From a virus (lineage: Duplodnaviria > Caudoviricetes): 63,419 nucleotides of DNA. The position numbers and the translations under genes were made by a program. Where the stretch lies: positions 1-63,419 of the IMG/VR virus record IMGVR_UViG_3300043425_000902, one strand, 5' to 3'. This document shows, piece by piece, positions 37,357 through 46,399 of the stretch. The notes beneath the pieces were generated by a model. The model did not search any database, had not been told where the DNA came from, and saw nothing but the letters and a program-made list of their open reading frames with translations. The first letter of the stretch is position 1; each line of letters begins with the position of its first letter.

Positions 37357-38514
37357 TTAGAGAGCGGAGGCCATGGCGACGACCTGCGCCAGCGAGGGTC
37401 CAGACGAGGTTGCGGCGATGGTGATGGAGCCAGTGCCGTTGGTGATGCTGATGCCTGACCCCGCCGTGAGCGTGGCCTTCGTCAGCGTGTTGCCGGTGGT
37501 GTTGCCGATCAGCAGTTGGCCGTCGGTGTAGGTCGTCTGGCCCGTGCCGCCGCTGGCGACCGGCAGCGTGCCGTTGACGCCAGCCGACAGGGAGACCGTG
37601 TTCTTCTCCCACAGGCTCGTGCTGCTGTTGTAGACGATGGTCTGGCCGTTCGACGGCGACTGCGCGGAGACGTTGTGGATCTCGTCCAGTTCGTAGCCGT
37701 TCTGCACCTTGACGAACAGGGAGCCCTGCGTCGGGTGTGCATACTCGACCACGGCCACATAGACGATGTGCGTCGGAGCGTAGGGCTTGGTCGCCGTCAT
37801 GGCCCCCGCCACCGCGCCGCTCAGGTAGAGTTGCTGGCCGTCGGTGAACGCCGAGGTGTCCACGTTCGACACGCGACCGATCACGGTCACGTTGCCGTTG
37901 GTGTTGTTCGCCAGATCGGCGGAGATCAGCCCGAGGGTCTGCGCCGAGGTCGCGTCGCTGTTCGCCTGCGCCTTGGAGACCGTCGGGATCTGGCCGGTGG
38001 CGCCCGTGATGTAGACCACCGTGCCCTTGGTCAGGGTCGAGCCGGTCGCGTTGCGGACCCGCACGATCATGTTGGTCGACGCCGCCACCGCGAGATCAAT
38101 GGCCGTCGTGCCTGTCACCACAACCGACCCGTCAGCCGAAGAGACGGTCTGCACGGCGGTGTCGGCCTTCGTGCCTTGCGCCGCTGTGGCGTAGGCCGTG
38201 GAGTTGGTGGTCGCCGCGGTGCCGAGCCCGAGAGCCGTGCGCGCGCCGCTCGCCGTCGTGGCGCCCGTGCCGCCGTTGGCCAGCGCAAGGGTGCCACCTA
38301 GCGTTACGGCTCCGTTGGTCGGCGTTGACGGCGTCAGGCCGGTGGTCCCGCCGCTGAACGAGGTGACGCCAGTCCCGGCGACGTTCAGCGTGGAGAACTT
38401 CACCTTGTAGGTGACGCCGCCCACGATGTAGGGCAGGTAGCCGTTCGCATCGAGGCCGGTGTACTCGTTGAGCTGCGAGATGCGCGTCGGGATGAGGTTG
38501 CTGGGCACGCTCAT
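37357..38514 (-). CDS. Second tail fibre protein
   Basis: RISQL N-terminus; GGTG repeats shared with 27913-30201; ELDEIHNV motif. Confidence 0.8.
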   Translation of the reverse strand: MSVPSNLIPTRISQLNEYTGLDANGYLPYIVGGVTYKVKFSTLNVAGTGVTSFSGGTTGLTPSTPTNGAVTLGGTLALANGGTGATTASGARTALGLGTAATTNSTAYATAAQGTKADTAVQTVSSADGSVVVTGTTAIDLAVAASTNMIVRVRNATGSTLTKGTVVYITGATGQIPTVSKAQANSDATSAQTLGLISADLANNTNGNVTVIGRVSNVDTSAFTDGQQLYLSGAVAGAMTATKPYAPTHIVYVAVVEYAHPTQGSLFVKVQNGYELDEIHNVSAQSPSNGQTIVYNSSTSLWEKNTVSLSAGVNGTLPVASGGTGQTTYTDGQLLIGNTTGNTLTKATLTAGSGISITNGTGSITIAATSSGPSLAQVVAMASAL

Positions 38515-38813
38515 GGGAGCAGGAACTCCTCGAAGTCCTCGGTGACGAGGAAGATGTTTCCGTCCTCTGAGATGACGCCCGCCGGGTCCGTAGCGATGCT
38601 CTCGTCGGGGCGCACGAAGCGCAGGGTGATCTGCTCAGTCTCGCGAGCCGGAAGCCGGTAGGGGTCGAAGTCGTCGAGGTCGGCCTCGCAGACCATCAGG
38701 CCCGGGAAGTTCGGGTCGGACTGCAGGTCGTCGAGCGAGAACTTGCGGCTGCAGCGCGCGCACAGGCCGATGCCGAGGGTCGAGCGTCCGCGGGTGTCGA
38801 GGTAGACCGCCAT
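38511..38813 (-). CDS. Conserved CxxC virion-region protein
   Basis: CARC...GL.VC...D..DP...RPD. Confidence 0.75.
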   Translation of the reverse strand: MAVYLDTRGRSTLGIGLCARCSRKFSLDDLQSDPNFPGLMVCEADLDDFDPYRLPARETEQITLRFVRPDESIATDPAGVISEDGNIFLVTEDFEEFLLP

Positions 38814-38816
38814 GGC

Positions 38817-39803
38817 TTACCTCGTGTAGGCGCTGATGTTGGGCGCCCAGCGGATGGGCGAGTTGTCGCGCTCCTCAGCCCACGCCTCGGCCTCAGCCTG
38901 CGCGGCCTTGGTGTCCAGCAGCGGGATCATGTCGGGCGCCACGTCGGGGATCTCAAGCGCCAGCTTGGCGGCGAGCAGGGCGATCACGGCGTCGAGCCAC
39001 CGCTGCGGGACCTCGATGTCCTGCGTCATGGTGCCGACGTCCATGATGTGCCGGTGACGCCACGCGACGATCTGGTAGACGGTCGAGCCGGAAGCAGGGA
39101 CCGGCCACAGGTGCATGACGGGCGCGGGGACCTGCCGGTCGAACCAGTATTGCAGGGGGCGGAGCGACTTGAACGCCTTGTTGGGCAGGTTCGTGTAGTC
39201 GTCCTTGTTCAGCCTGCCGAACGGGATTTCCGTCGGACTGTTGCCGAAGTAGACCTGCGTGTAGTCCAGCACGCCGGTCGTGGCGCGCACGCGGAAGTAG
39301 GGCGCGGAGATGATCTGCGAGACGTCGAACCACGTCCACTCGCCAGCAGTGGCGGATGGCGTCTCGGTCTGGACGGTGGTCCACGTTGCGCCGTCGGCTG
39401 ACCGCTCAAGGGCGATGGGGGTTGAGGCGGCGGACCACAGCACGCCGACAGTGGTAACGGGCGCATCGGCGCCGAACGCCGTGCTGTAGGTCGTCGAGGT
39501 GACGGTGTTCGTGCCGGTCACTTCCTGCAAGACGCGCAGGTTGACGTTGAGGATGTCGACGGTGCCGACCGGCAGGGTGACGTCGCCGACGCCCTCGTAG
39601 AGCGGCAGGATGACCTTCTCGACGCACCAGAGCGGCACGCCGCGGTTGGCGAGATTGGACAGCAGCAGGTAGAGCTGGTCCTTGGCAATCTCGATGTTCT
39701 CGCCGGAGACGGTCTCGGGCAGCAGTTTCGTGCGCCGGAAGGCGTTGTCGATCACCTTGCGGGTGTCGAACACAGTCTGCGAGATTGTGCCGGAGTAGGC
39801 CAT
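38817..39803 (-). CDS. Head-tail connector (tail tubular A-like) with inserted beta-sandwich
   Basis: I..AF.R, NRG..LW, Y..LPNK....RP.QYW.DRQ, LWPVP. Confidence 0.75.
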   Translation of the reverse strand: MAYSGTISQTVFDTRKVIDNAFRRTKLLPETVSGENIEIAKDQLYLLLSNLANRGVPLWCVEKVILPLYEGVGDVTLPVGTVDILNVNLRVLQEVTGTNTVTSTTYSTAFGADAPVTTVGVLWSAASTPIALERSADGATWTTVQTETPSATAGEWTWFDVSQIISAPYFRVRATTGVLDYTQVYFGNSPTEIPFGRLNKDDYTNLPNKAFKSLRPLQYWFDRQVPAPVMHLWPVPASGSTVYQIVAWRHRHIMDVGTMTQDIEVPQRWLDAVIALLAAKLALEIPDVAPDMIPLLDTKAAQAEAEAWAEERDNSPIRWAPNISAYTR

Positions 39804-39883
39804 GGCAGGTCCGCTGTGGGGGTCAGCAGTCCGCTAAGTCGCAGCAGACCTGTCTGGTCAGATTGTACAGGAGGCAGGTCGGC

Positions 39884-40276
39884 CTAGCAACCGACCATGC
39901 CACCGTTGCGCATTTTGGTCAGGGGCTTGCCCGGGTGCATGACGCGCTCGTGCTTGTGGACCGCCTTGCGCACGGTCGCCTTGTCCTGTGCCTTGTCGCC
40001 TTTGACGGCTCCACCCTTCACGTAACCGCCCTTGGCGAAGGGCCGCGAGGTGGGCTCATCCTTCACCGGGTCGTAGCCACGCTTGGCGTCAGCCGCCTTG
40101 GTCGCCGCACTGCGCGCAGCAACCAGTCGGCTGTAGCCTTCGCCGACGGTCTTGGGCGGCGCCGCCTTCATGCGGCTGCGGACGTTGCGCATCTGGTCGG
40201 CGGTAAGCGGGCGCGAGGTAGGCTCGTCCTTCACCGGGTCATAAACGGTCTTGGTGGTGTTTTTGTAGCCCTTCAT
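39884..40276 (-). CDS. Small basic protein with xxxGG motifs and an internal repeat
   Basis: MKGYKNTTKTVY; YDPVKDEPTSRP x2; FAKGG, YVKGG, MRNGG. Confidence 0.75.
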   Translation of the reverse strand: MKGYKNTTKTVYDPVKDEPTSRPLTADQMRNVRSRMKAAPPKTVGEGYSRLVAARSAATKAADAKRGYDPVKDEPTSRPFAKGGYVKGGAVKGDKAQDKATVRKAVHKHERVMHPGKPLTKMRNGGMVGC

Positions 40277-40292
40277 GGGGTCAGATCCTTGT

Positions 40293-40592
40293 CTAGCAGT
40301 TCCACGCACGCAGCGACTTGTTGATGCGGCTGTTGGGGTCGCGGGCCGTCTCCGCGCTGGTGAGTTTCGCCTTCATGCCCTTCATCCGGGCGCAGAAGCT
40401 GTCGCGGCGCGGACCACCCTCGGGCTGAGGGCGCTTCAGGCCCGGCTTGCCGGGGTTGGCGCGGTTGTAGGAGGCGCGGCCCTTGGCGTTCAATCCGCCG
40501 TCGGGGTCCTTGCCCTCTTTGCGGGTCCACGCCGGGGTTCTGCCGCCCTCCGACATGTAGACCGTCTTCGTCGTGTCCTTGTAGCCCTTCAC
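40293..40592 (-). CDS. Small basic conserved phage protein (DUF6321-like)
   Basis: W.RKEGK.P.GGLNAKGR.SY, RR.SFCARM.GM, PNSRINKSLR.W.C. Confidence 0.8.
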   Translation of the reverse strand: MKGYKDTTKTVYMSEGGRTPAWTRKEGKDPDGGLNAKGRASYNRANPGKPGLKRPQPEGGPRRDSFCARMKGMKAKLTSAETARDPNSRINKSLRAWNC

Positions 40593-40596
40593 CGCA

Positions 40597-40965
40597 TTAC
40601 CTCCGCGTCACCAGACCGCCGCGGGCGTAGCCGGGCATCAGGGGGCCTCCCGCCTTGACGGGAGACTGCCCCAGCGCGGCGCCGAGAGACCCCATGGACC
40701 CCTGCTGCTGGCGCAGCTCCGGGTTTGAGGCGGCGCCCGCAAAGGGCGAGGGGGTGCCTTGAGCCTGACCTGAGTCCCCGGGCCCCGGGGCCGGAGGAGC
40801 AGACGGCGGGGGCGGGCCGATGGGAGAGGGCATCGGCTGGCGGGGAGCTTGATCAGGCGGCGCAGGGCTTTGGGGGCTCGGTTGCGCACCATTGAACAGG
40901 CTCAAGGCTTCTTGGATGGCGATCTTGGCCTGTTCGGTCTGCTCTCTGAGTGACAGGTCGTACAT
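40597..40965 (-). CDS. Pro-rich protein with C-terminal YARGG
   Basis: ORF in the late operon; low-complexity linker. Confidence 0.7.
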   Translation of the reverse strand: MYDLSLREQTEQAKIAIQEALSLFNGAQPSPQSPAPPDQAPRQPMPSPIGPPPPSAPPAPGPGDSGQAQGTPSPFAGAASNPELRQQQGSMGSLGAALGQSPVKAGGPLMPGYARGGLVTRR

Positions 40966-40967
40966 GG

Positions 40968-41378
40968 TCAGGCCGTGCGCCTCTTGATGTCGTAGGGGTA
41001 CGACAGGGTGGTCGTGGTGAAGATGTCTGTAACATGGGGGCCGCTCACCGTAAATTGCTCGGTGGGGCCGCCTCCGACGGTTATGCTGATCGCCGCAATG
41101 TCCTGCGCCTCGGTGGCGGACAGGGCCATGGTGATCGCGGCCCCCAGCGACAGACTGATCGCCGCAACGTCCTGCGCCTCAGTGGCGGCCAGCGCGACCG
41201 TGGTGCGCACTACCACGTCAATCGCGGCAATGTCCTGCGCCTCAGTGGCGGCAAGCGAAACGGTGATTGGGTTGGCGACGGTGACGCTGAGTGCAGCAAC
41301 GTCCTGCGCCTCAGTGGCGGCCAGCGAGACGGTGATCGTCCCGACAGCACCCTGCGGGGATAGAAGGGTCAGCAGCAT
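40968..41378 (-). CDS. Virion structural protein with four LAATEAQD repeats
   Basis: In-frame repeats spaced 69/63/69 nt. Confidence 0.72.
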   Translation of the reverse strand: MLLTLLSPQGAVGTITVSLAATEAQDVAALSVTVANPITVSLAATEAQDIAAIDVVVRTTVALAATEAQDVAAISLSLGAAITMALSATEAQDIAAISITVGGGPTEQFTVSGPHVTDIFTTTTLSYPYDIKRRTA

Positions 41379-41401
41379 TGAGCGCCCTCCCGGCTAGGCG
41401 C

Positions 41402-41566
41402 TCAGGGCAGCGAGCGCAGTTGATCCAGCGTCAGTTGCGTCTGCTCGATCTGGTTTTCCAGCGCCACCACGCGGGCGACATCGCCCTGCGCCGTGGCGGT
41501 CGCCAGAAGGCCGTTCATCGTGGTGATCTGGTTCTGCAGCAGCCGGATCAGGTCGGAGATGGTCAC
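41402..41566 (-). CDS. Small coiled-coil protein (MTISDLIRLLQN...)
   Basis: Hand-translated 54 aa; GTGA overlap. Confidence 0.65.
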   Translation of the reverse strand: MTISDLIRLLQNQITTMNGLLATATAQGDVARVVALENQIEQTQLTLDQLRSLP

Positions 41567-43176
41567 ACCAGCACCACGAGTTCTTGAGCCACGGTCGAGA
41601 GGTGGGACTGGAGCAGCACCACGTCGTAGGTGTCTGTCCCGTCGATGGCTGCATACGCCGCCATGCGCTTGCCGAGCGCCGCCGTGCCGGTCTGGAGGAA
41701 GTCAGTCGGGGCGTAGGGCGACAGAACCCGGTTCTGAACGTCGAACCGGAAAATCTGGCTGACCTGCGAGGCGACGTAGGGGTTGGTGTAGAACATCCGC
41801 CCCTCGTTCTCGAACGGGGCGTAGGTCCCGCAGGTGCCGGTGCCGATGGTCGCAGCGCCCGAGCCCTCGTAGACAATCGCGCCCGACCATGTGCCGGTGA
41901 TGGTGGCCGCGATGTCCAGAACATCAAGCGTGACCGCTGCGCCGCCACGGAAGAAGTAGCAGAACGAGTGCCGGGCGTTGCGAGCCGCATCCGGCTGGAT
42001 GCCGAACGAAGGCATCCACATGCCGCCCGCACCGTTTGCCGCCGGGGCCGCGCCGAAGTAGGTGGTGGACCACGCCCCCGCCGCGATGCTGTTGGTGCCG
42101 TTGTTCACGGTCGCATCGCCGTAGTTGTAGGTATAGACCGTCGTAACCGCTGTGGACCGCACGAGGATCAGGTTCGGGAGTTCGATGACGTATTTCGCGC
42201 TGCTGGAGGGCTGCGTCGTCCACGCCGTGCCGAGGGTGTAGACCGGCGAGGCCCCCGCCGTGTGAGACGCGATGATCCGCCGCTGGCCGACCGCCGCCGG
42301 GGTGGTGGTGTCCTGCACGATGCGGATCTGGAAGTTGCGGTATTCGTTGGCGAGGACCACCGCGTCCCCAAGGGTCGCTTGGCCGGTGAGCGTCGAAGCA
42401 CCCGAGGCCGTGGCGGTCAGCGAGGTCAGGCCGGTGTCGTAGGTAAAGGCACCCTTCACCAGACCCTCGCCGGGCTTCATGTCGTAGGGGCCGAACTGCT
42501 CGTCTAGCACCATGATGTCGGAGTCGGTGCCGATGGTGGCGGGCAGGCCCGTGGTCGAAAGGCCAGTCGAAAGGGTGTTGGCCGCAACCTCCAGCGAACG
42601 CCAGATGTTCGCCGCCGTGGTGCCCGCGCCGAGCATGAACACCCGGCCCGCGATGATCTCGTAGCGGGCACCCGTCGAGGGCGTGAAGCTGAAGGCCGCG
42701 CCGACCGTGATCGTCGGCGTCGTGCCCGCCGTGTTGCCGGTGATGAACCGCTCCTCGGTCTTGCCCGCCGTGGCGTCGATGATCCGCAGCTTGAAGCCGA
42801 AGTCGCCCGAGCCGCCACGGTTGGCGAGCATGTTCAGGCCGACCGCCGTCGGGAAAGCCGTAGAGATCACGACGCTCGTAGTCGTCGCGCCCGCCGCAAT
42901 CGTGCCCACAAGGCCGAGGGACGGGGCGAAGGCCATGGCCGCGCCCGCGCCGAAGGTGCCAGCCAGCGCGGGCGACTGGACGAAAGCCCACGCCTTGGTG
43001 ACGATATTGAAGCGGTTCAGAACCGTGTTGGAGGTCAGTTGGTAGACGAAGGGGTTGCGGCTGACATCCGAGCGCAGGTCCGAAGTCAGACAATGCGCCG
43101 CCGCGTGGGTGGCCGGTGCCGGGGCGACCTGCCTCCAGACCAGCGGGTCGATGACCTTCTTGAAGGTGTTGGCCAA
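41563..43176 (-). CDS. Beta-rich virion structural protein (head fibre/appendage-like)
   Basis: 537 aa, Thr/Ala/Gly-rich with an internal repeat; AGGAG RBS and TTG start. Confidence 0.7.
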   Translation of the reverse strand: MANTFKKVIDPLVWRQVAPAPATHAAAHCLTSDLRSDVSRNPFVYQLTSNTVLNRFNIVTKAWAFVQSPALAGTFGAGAAMAFAPSLGLVGTIAAGATTTSVVISTAFPTAVGLNMLANRGGSGDFGFKLRIIDATAGKTEERFITGNTAGTTPTITVGAAFSFTPSTGARYEIIAGRVFMLGAGTTAANIWRSLEVAANTLSTGLSTTGLPATIGTDSDIMVLDEQFGPYDMKPGEGLVKGAFTYDTGLTSLTATASGASTLTGQATLGDAVVLANEYRNFQIRIVQDTTTPAAVGQRRIIASHTAGASPVYTLGTAWTTQPSSSAKYVIELPNLILVRSTAVTTVYTYNYGDATVNNGTNSIAAGAWSTTYFGAAPAANGAGGMWMPSFGIQPDAARNARHSFCYFFRGGAAVTLDVLDIAATITGTWSGAIVYEGSGAATIGTGTCGTYAPFENEGRMFYTNPYVASQVSQIFRFDVQNRVLSPYAPTDFLQTGTAALGKRMAAYAAIDGTDTYDVVLLQSHLSTVAQELVVLV

Positions 43177-43186
43177 GGTTCTGCTC

Positions 43187-43615
43187 CTAGGTAATGCGTG
43201 CGCGGACGCATTGCGCCCAAGCCGAACGGTTCTGGTCGAGAACGGTCATCTGGGCGCTGTAGCCGCCGATGCCCGCGATGTTGGTCAGGGAGCCCAGCGT
43301 CGTGACCGTCGAGCAGGTCGTCACCGTGGTTACGGTTGAGACAGTCGTCACCGTCCCAGACTCCACCACGACCGTTCCGCGCTGGCGCTGGAGGCTCTTG
43401 TCGTAACCGAGCGGCGCGGCCAAAATGTTGAAGATCCGCAGCAACAGGTTCTGCGAACCACCATCGTTGACCGGCATGGGGTTGGCTTCGGAAACGTCAA
43501 CCGCCGTCCCGTCCGCCCCGATGCCGACCTTGATGCGCTGGTGCAGGACGCCGCCGATGTCGTCCGCCGCGACGACAGCGCCTGACCCGGGTGTATAGCC
43601 TACGTTGTCAGCCAT
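43187..43615 (-). CDS. Virion structural protein
   Basis: MADNVGYTPG.G, V...NPMPV, TVTTV repeats. Confidence 0.7.
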   Translation of the reverse strand: MADNVGYTPGSGAVVAADDIGGVLHQRIKVGIGADGTAVDVSEANPMPVNDGGSQNLLLRIFNILAAPLGYDKSLQRQRGTVVVESGTVTTVSTVTTVTTCSTVTTLGSLTNIAGIGGYSAQMTVLDQNRSAWAQCVRARIT

Positions 43616-43621
43616 GACCCC

Positions 43622-43996
43622 TTACCCGTGCGTGAGAGTAGCTGCGGTCAGGTCGACGCTCTGGCCGGAGGTGAACGTCGTGGTGCTGACGATGACGTTC
43701 GTGCCGCTGGTGCCGACCGTCAGGCCGTCGCAGACCACGGTGCCGGTGGAGTCCTTGAACCGGGCCAGCGCCGCGGTGCCGCTGTTCGACGCCGTGGTGC
43801 TGATCGGCAGGGCGCTGAACGACAGCACGCCGCTGGACACGGTGCCGCACGGGTCGTCCATCGTGACGGTCGCCAGCACGGTCGTGTAGCTGGTCGTGCA
43901 GACCTCCAACGTGCCGGACGCCGGGCCGCCGTCGATGGCGTCGCGCACCACCGTCATGCGGCTGTTCTTGACCGTGGTGCTGTAGTTAACCGCCAT
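43622..43996 (-). CDS. Virion structural protein
   Basis: Thr/Ser-rich; GTA..AR......V.DG..VG..G motif. Confidence 0.7.
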   Translation of the reverse strand: MAVNYSTTVKNSRMTVVRDAIDGGPASGTLEVCTTSYTTVLATVTMDDPCGTVSSGVLSFSALPISTTASNSGTAALARFKDSTGTVVCDGLTVGTSGTNVIVSTTTFTSGQSVDLTAATLTHG

Positions 43997-44570
43997 TGGC
44001 CACACCCCGCAGAGCCGCAAGGAAGTCGCGGGCTGCGCCTTCGAGCGTCGCGGCGGTGGCCTCGGCCTCGGCCTTCTTGGCGAGGGCGTCGCTGAGCGCG
44101 GTCTGCGCGGCGGCGGACGCCTTCTCGATGTCGCCCGCCTCGGCCTTGGCCGCCCGGACCAGCTCCAGCGCCTCAGCCTTGGCGGCCTTGAGCGCCTTGT
44201 CCGCCTCGGCCTTGAGCGCCTTGGCGTCGGCCACCGCGGCAGCCTTGGCCTTGTCGGCGTCGGAGAGCAGGGTGTTGGCCTTGTTGGCCATCTCGTCGGC
44301 GGCGGCCTTGGCCTTGATCACGATGGCCTCGGCTTCGTTCTTGGCCTTGGCGAGTTTTTCCGTGGCCTCGCTCCTTTTGGAGGAGGCCTCGTCGAAAGCC
44401 TTGGCGGCGTCGCCCGCGATGCCGAGATCCTGCTTGGCCTTGATCGCGGCGTCCTCGGCCTGACGCAGCATGTTGATGCGGTCAGCGAAGGCGGACCCAC
44501 CCTCGGCGGCCAGAGCCACCTTGGCGGCGAAGTCCGAGTTGCCGCCTCCTGCAGTGAGCGTGTCGGTCAT
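43986..44570 (-). CDS. Ala/Lys-rich coiled-coil protein
   Basis: GGGAG RBS; long AK-rich helical repeats. Confidence 0.7.
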   Translation of the reverse strand: MTDTLTAGGGNSDFAAKVALAAEGGSAFADRINMLRQAEDAAIKAKQDLGIAGDAAKAFDEASSKRSEATEKLAKAKNEAEAIVIKAKAAADEMANKANTLLSDADKAKAAAVADAKALKAEADKALKAAKAEALELVRAAKAEAGDIEKASAAAQTALSDALAKKAEAEATAATLEGAARDFLAALRGVANGG

Positions 44571-44581
44571 GCCCGGCTCCC

Positions 44582-44908
44582 TTAGTTGTACGCCACGCCC
44601 GACTGGACGAGGGTCAGTGCTGCTGTGCCCGTGCCCGCGGTCACGGTGATGCGGATGCCCCGGACGGCGAAGGCGTAGTTGCTGACCGCGTTCGCCGAAA
44701 GAGAGGCGAGGGTCGTGTGCGGGAACCACGTGGCCGAGGCGGGGGTGAAGTTGGCGGCGAACACGTCGTCGAACGTGTGCTCAACCGTGTAGGTGACAGT
44801 GCCCGTCACCTTGACCGCGACCCCGACATTGAAGGGGTTGAGCGCGATGTCCATCGGCACAACAGCGCTGCTGCCGATGCCGGTCTGGCTGACTGTCACT
44901 GGACGCAT
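44582..44908 (-). CDS. Head decoration-like structural protein
   Basis: YTVEHT.D...WF.H...IR beta-sandwich pattern; downstream of MCP. Confidence 0.7.
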   Translation of the reverse strand: MRPVTVSQTGIGSSAVVPMDIALNPFNVGVAVKVTGTVTYTVEHTFDDVFAANFTPASATWFPHTTLASLSANAVSNYAFAVRGIRITVTAGTGTAALTLVQSGVAYN

Positions 44909-44959
44909 GGTGTCGTCTCCGAAAGGGGTGAGGGCCGATCCGAAGACCGGCCCCCGGAG

Positions 44960-45400
44960 TTAGGCGCCCGTGGTCTGGACGTAGTTGACGGTCACGCGGA
45001 CCTGACCCGCAGTCGGCTGACCGACAGAAGTCACGGTGGCCACGAACGGCGCCGTGGCGCCGATGTCATCCATGGCCGCCAGCTGCGCCGCCGAGAAGGT
45101 CGGAATGGTCCGACCCGCGGTCTTGGCGTTGACGCCCGAGACGTACTGGGTGCCCGCAGCCGCGGTGCCCGCCGTCAGCGTCGCCGAAGTGGCGCTGTTG
45201 TAGGCGGTCAGCACGTCGCAGATGACGTTCACGATCTGGCTGTTGACCGGCAGGTTGAGCGTGCCGCTCTGGACCAGCGTCGCGTCGAAGTTGATCAGCA
45301 TGGTCTGCGAGAGCACGACCAGTCCAATGTTGGCGCCCCGCGGATCCCCGGCTTGGATGTCGCCGGAGGCCAGAGGGCCGTTGTTGTGGGTTTGAGCCAT
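44960..45400 (-). CDS. Capsid cement/spike-base-like protein
   Basis: LP..SQIV....DV.TA.N......L..GT pattern; immediately after MCP. Confidence 0.7.
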   Translation of the reverse strand: MAQTHNNGPLASGDIQAGDPRGANIGLVVLSQTMLINFDATLVQSGTLNLPVNSQIVNVICDVLTAYNSATSATLTAGTAAAGTQYVSGVNAKTAGRTIPTFSAAQLAAMDDIGATAPFVATVTSVGQPTAGQVRVTVNYVQTTGA

Positions 45401-45439
45401 GTGGCGAGTCTCCGAGTGAGGGGTGGATCAACGAGGTTG

Positions 45440-45462
45440 GAGCCGGGGTCACCCCCGGCTCC
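45440..45462 (-). terminator. Hairpin downstream of MCP
   Basis: GAGCCGGGG...CCCCGGCTC inverted repeat. Confidence 0.5.
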
Positions 45463-45470
45463 GTGTCTCG

Positions 45471-46385
45471 TCAGACGCCAGCGGTCCCGTAGATGCCGCG
45501 CGGATCGGTCCAGCCGAACGCATAACGCTCGGTGGCCTTGTACCGCATGGAGTCGGTCTCGAAGTCGCCTTCCATGGACTTCTCCAGCCCGCGGCGCTTG
45601 GCCAGCTTCAGGCCTTCGGGCGCATCGGTCTGGATCCACCAAGCGGTGGTCGAGGTGATACGCGCGAGGTTGGCCTGACCGCCCTTGAGCATGCCCATGG
45701 ACTTCACCGGGTTGATGTCGTTGTTGGCCGTGCCAGCGCGCAGGGCCGAGTTCAGGATGACCTCGGCTTGAAACACGTTGGAGGGGCCGGTCACGAGCTG
45801 AGTGCCGGTGAGCCGGATGCGCTTGCCGTTGCTGTCGACGGCGTTGCGGATCTGGATCAGGAGCTGCTCCACCGAGGTCTGGGACATCGCCGCAGCGGTG
45901 CTCAGGACGTTGGAGAAGGTGCCGTTGACGATCGGGTGGTTGTTGGCCACCAGCGCCACGCCGTCGCCGCCCTGATACGAACCGTTGAAGGAGCGGTTCA
46001 GGACGTTGGCGCCGAGGGTCTCCTTGGTCTCGACCAGCGACTGGGCGAGGTGCTTGGAGTAGGTCGAGCCGATGCGGATGTGGTCGCCGTCCTCGACAAG
46101 GACCTTGGTCAGGGCGAAGGCCAGACCGTAGACCTTGTAGATGTAGCGCTGCAGGAAGAGCACGCCGCCGGACTGGTAGGTGACGGGCATGCCGTCGGGC
46201 AGTTCGGGGGCGGCGCCCATGCCGTAGAGAACAGGCTCTTCGTGGTAGTTCCGCGGCGTGCCGCTGAACTCCTTGAAGACCTGCTTCCACTCGTCGGCGC
46301 GCTGGTCGTAGATGCCGTCGAACTCTTCGTTCATGATCGGCTCGACGATGGACCGGAAGTCGGTTGACCTCATGGGGTTAGCCAT
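45471..46385 (-). CDS. Major capsid protein
   Basis: 304 aa; GDG..L....HP, EGDFET...RYK..ERY.FGW.DPRG.YG..G; position after scaffold. Confidence 0.9.
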   Translation of the reverse strand: MANPMRSTDFRSIVEPIMNEEFDGIYDQRADEWKQVFKEFSGTPRNYHEEPVLYGMGAAPELPDGMPVTYQSGGVLFLQRYIYKVYGLAFALTKVLVEDGDHIRIGSTYSKHLAQSLVETKETLGANVLNRSFNGSYQGGDGVALVANNHPIVNGTFSNVLSTAAAMSQTSVEQLLIQIRNAVDSNGKRIRLTGTQLVTGPSNVFQAEVILNSALRAGTANNDINPVKSMGMLKGGQANLARITSTTAWWIQTDAPEGLKLAKRRGLEKSMEGDFETDSMRYKATERYAFGWTDPRGIYGTAGV

Positions 46386-46399
46386 TGCGTGGGTCCTCC

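Noticed and set aside
27350-38514. Diversity-generating retroelement, suggested by the BPP-1-like replication module
   Set aside because: No reverse transcriptase and no template/variable repeat pair with adenine-specific mismatches seen.
41095-41325. Four ~25-nt repeats spaced 63-69 nt apart, superficially CRISPR-like
   Set aside because: Spacings are multiples of three, variation is consistent with coding, and they encode LAATEAQD repeats; no cas operon.
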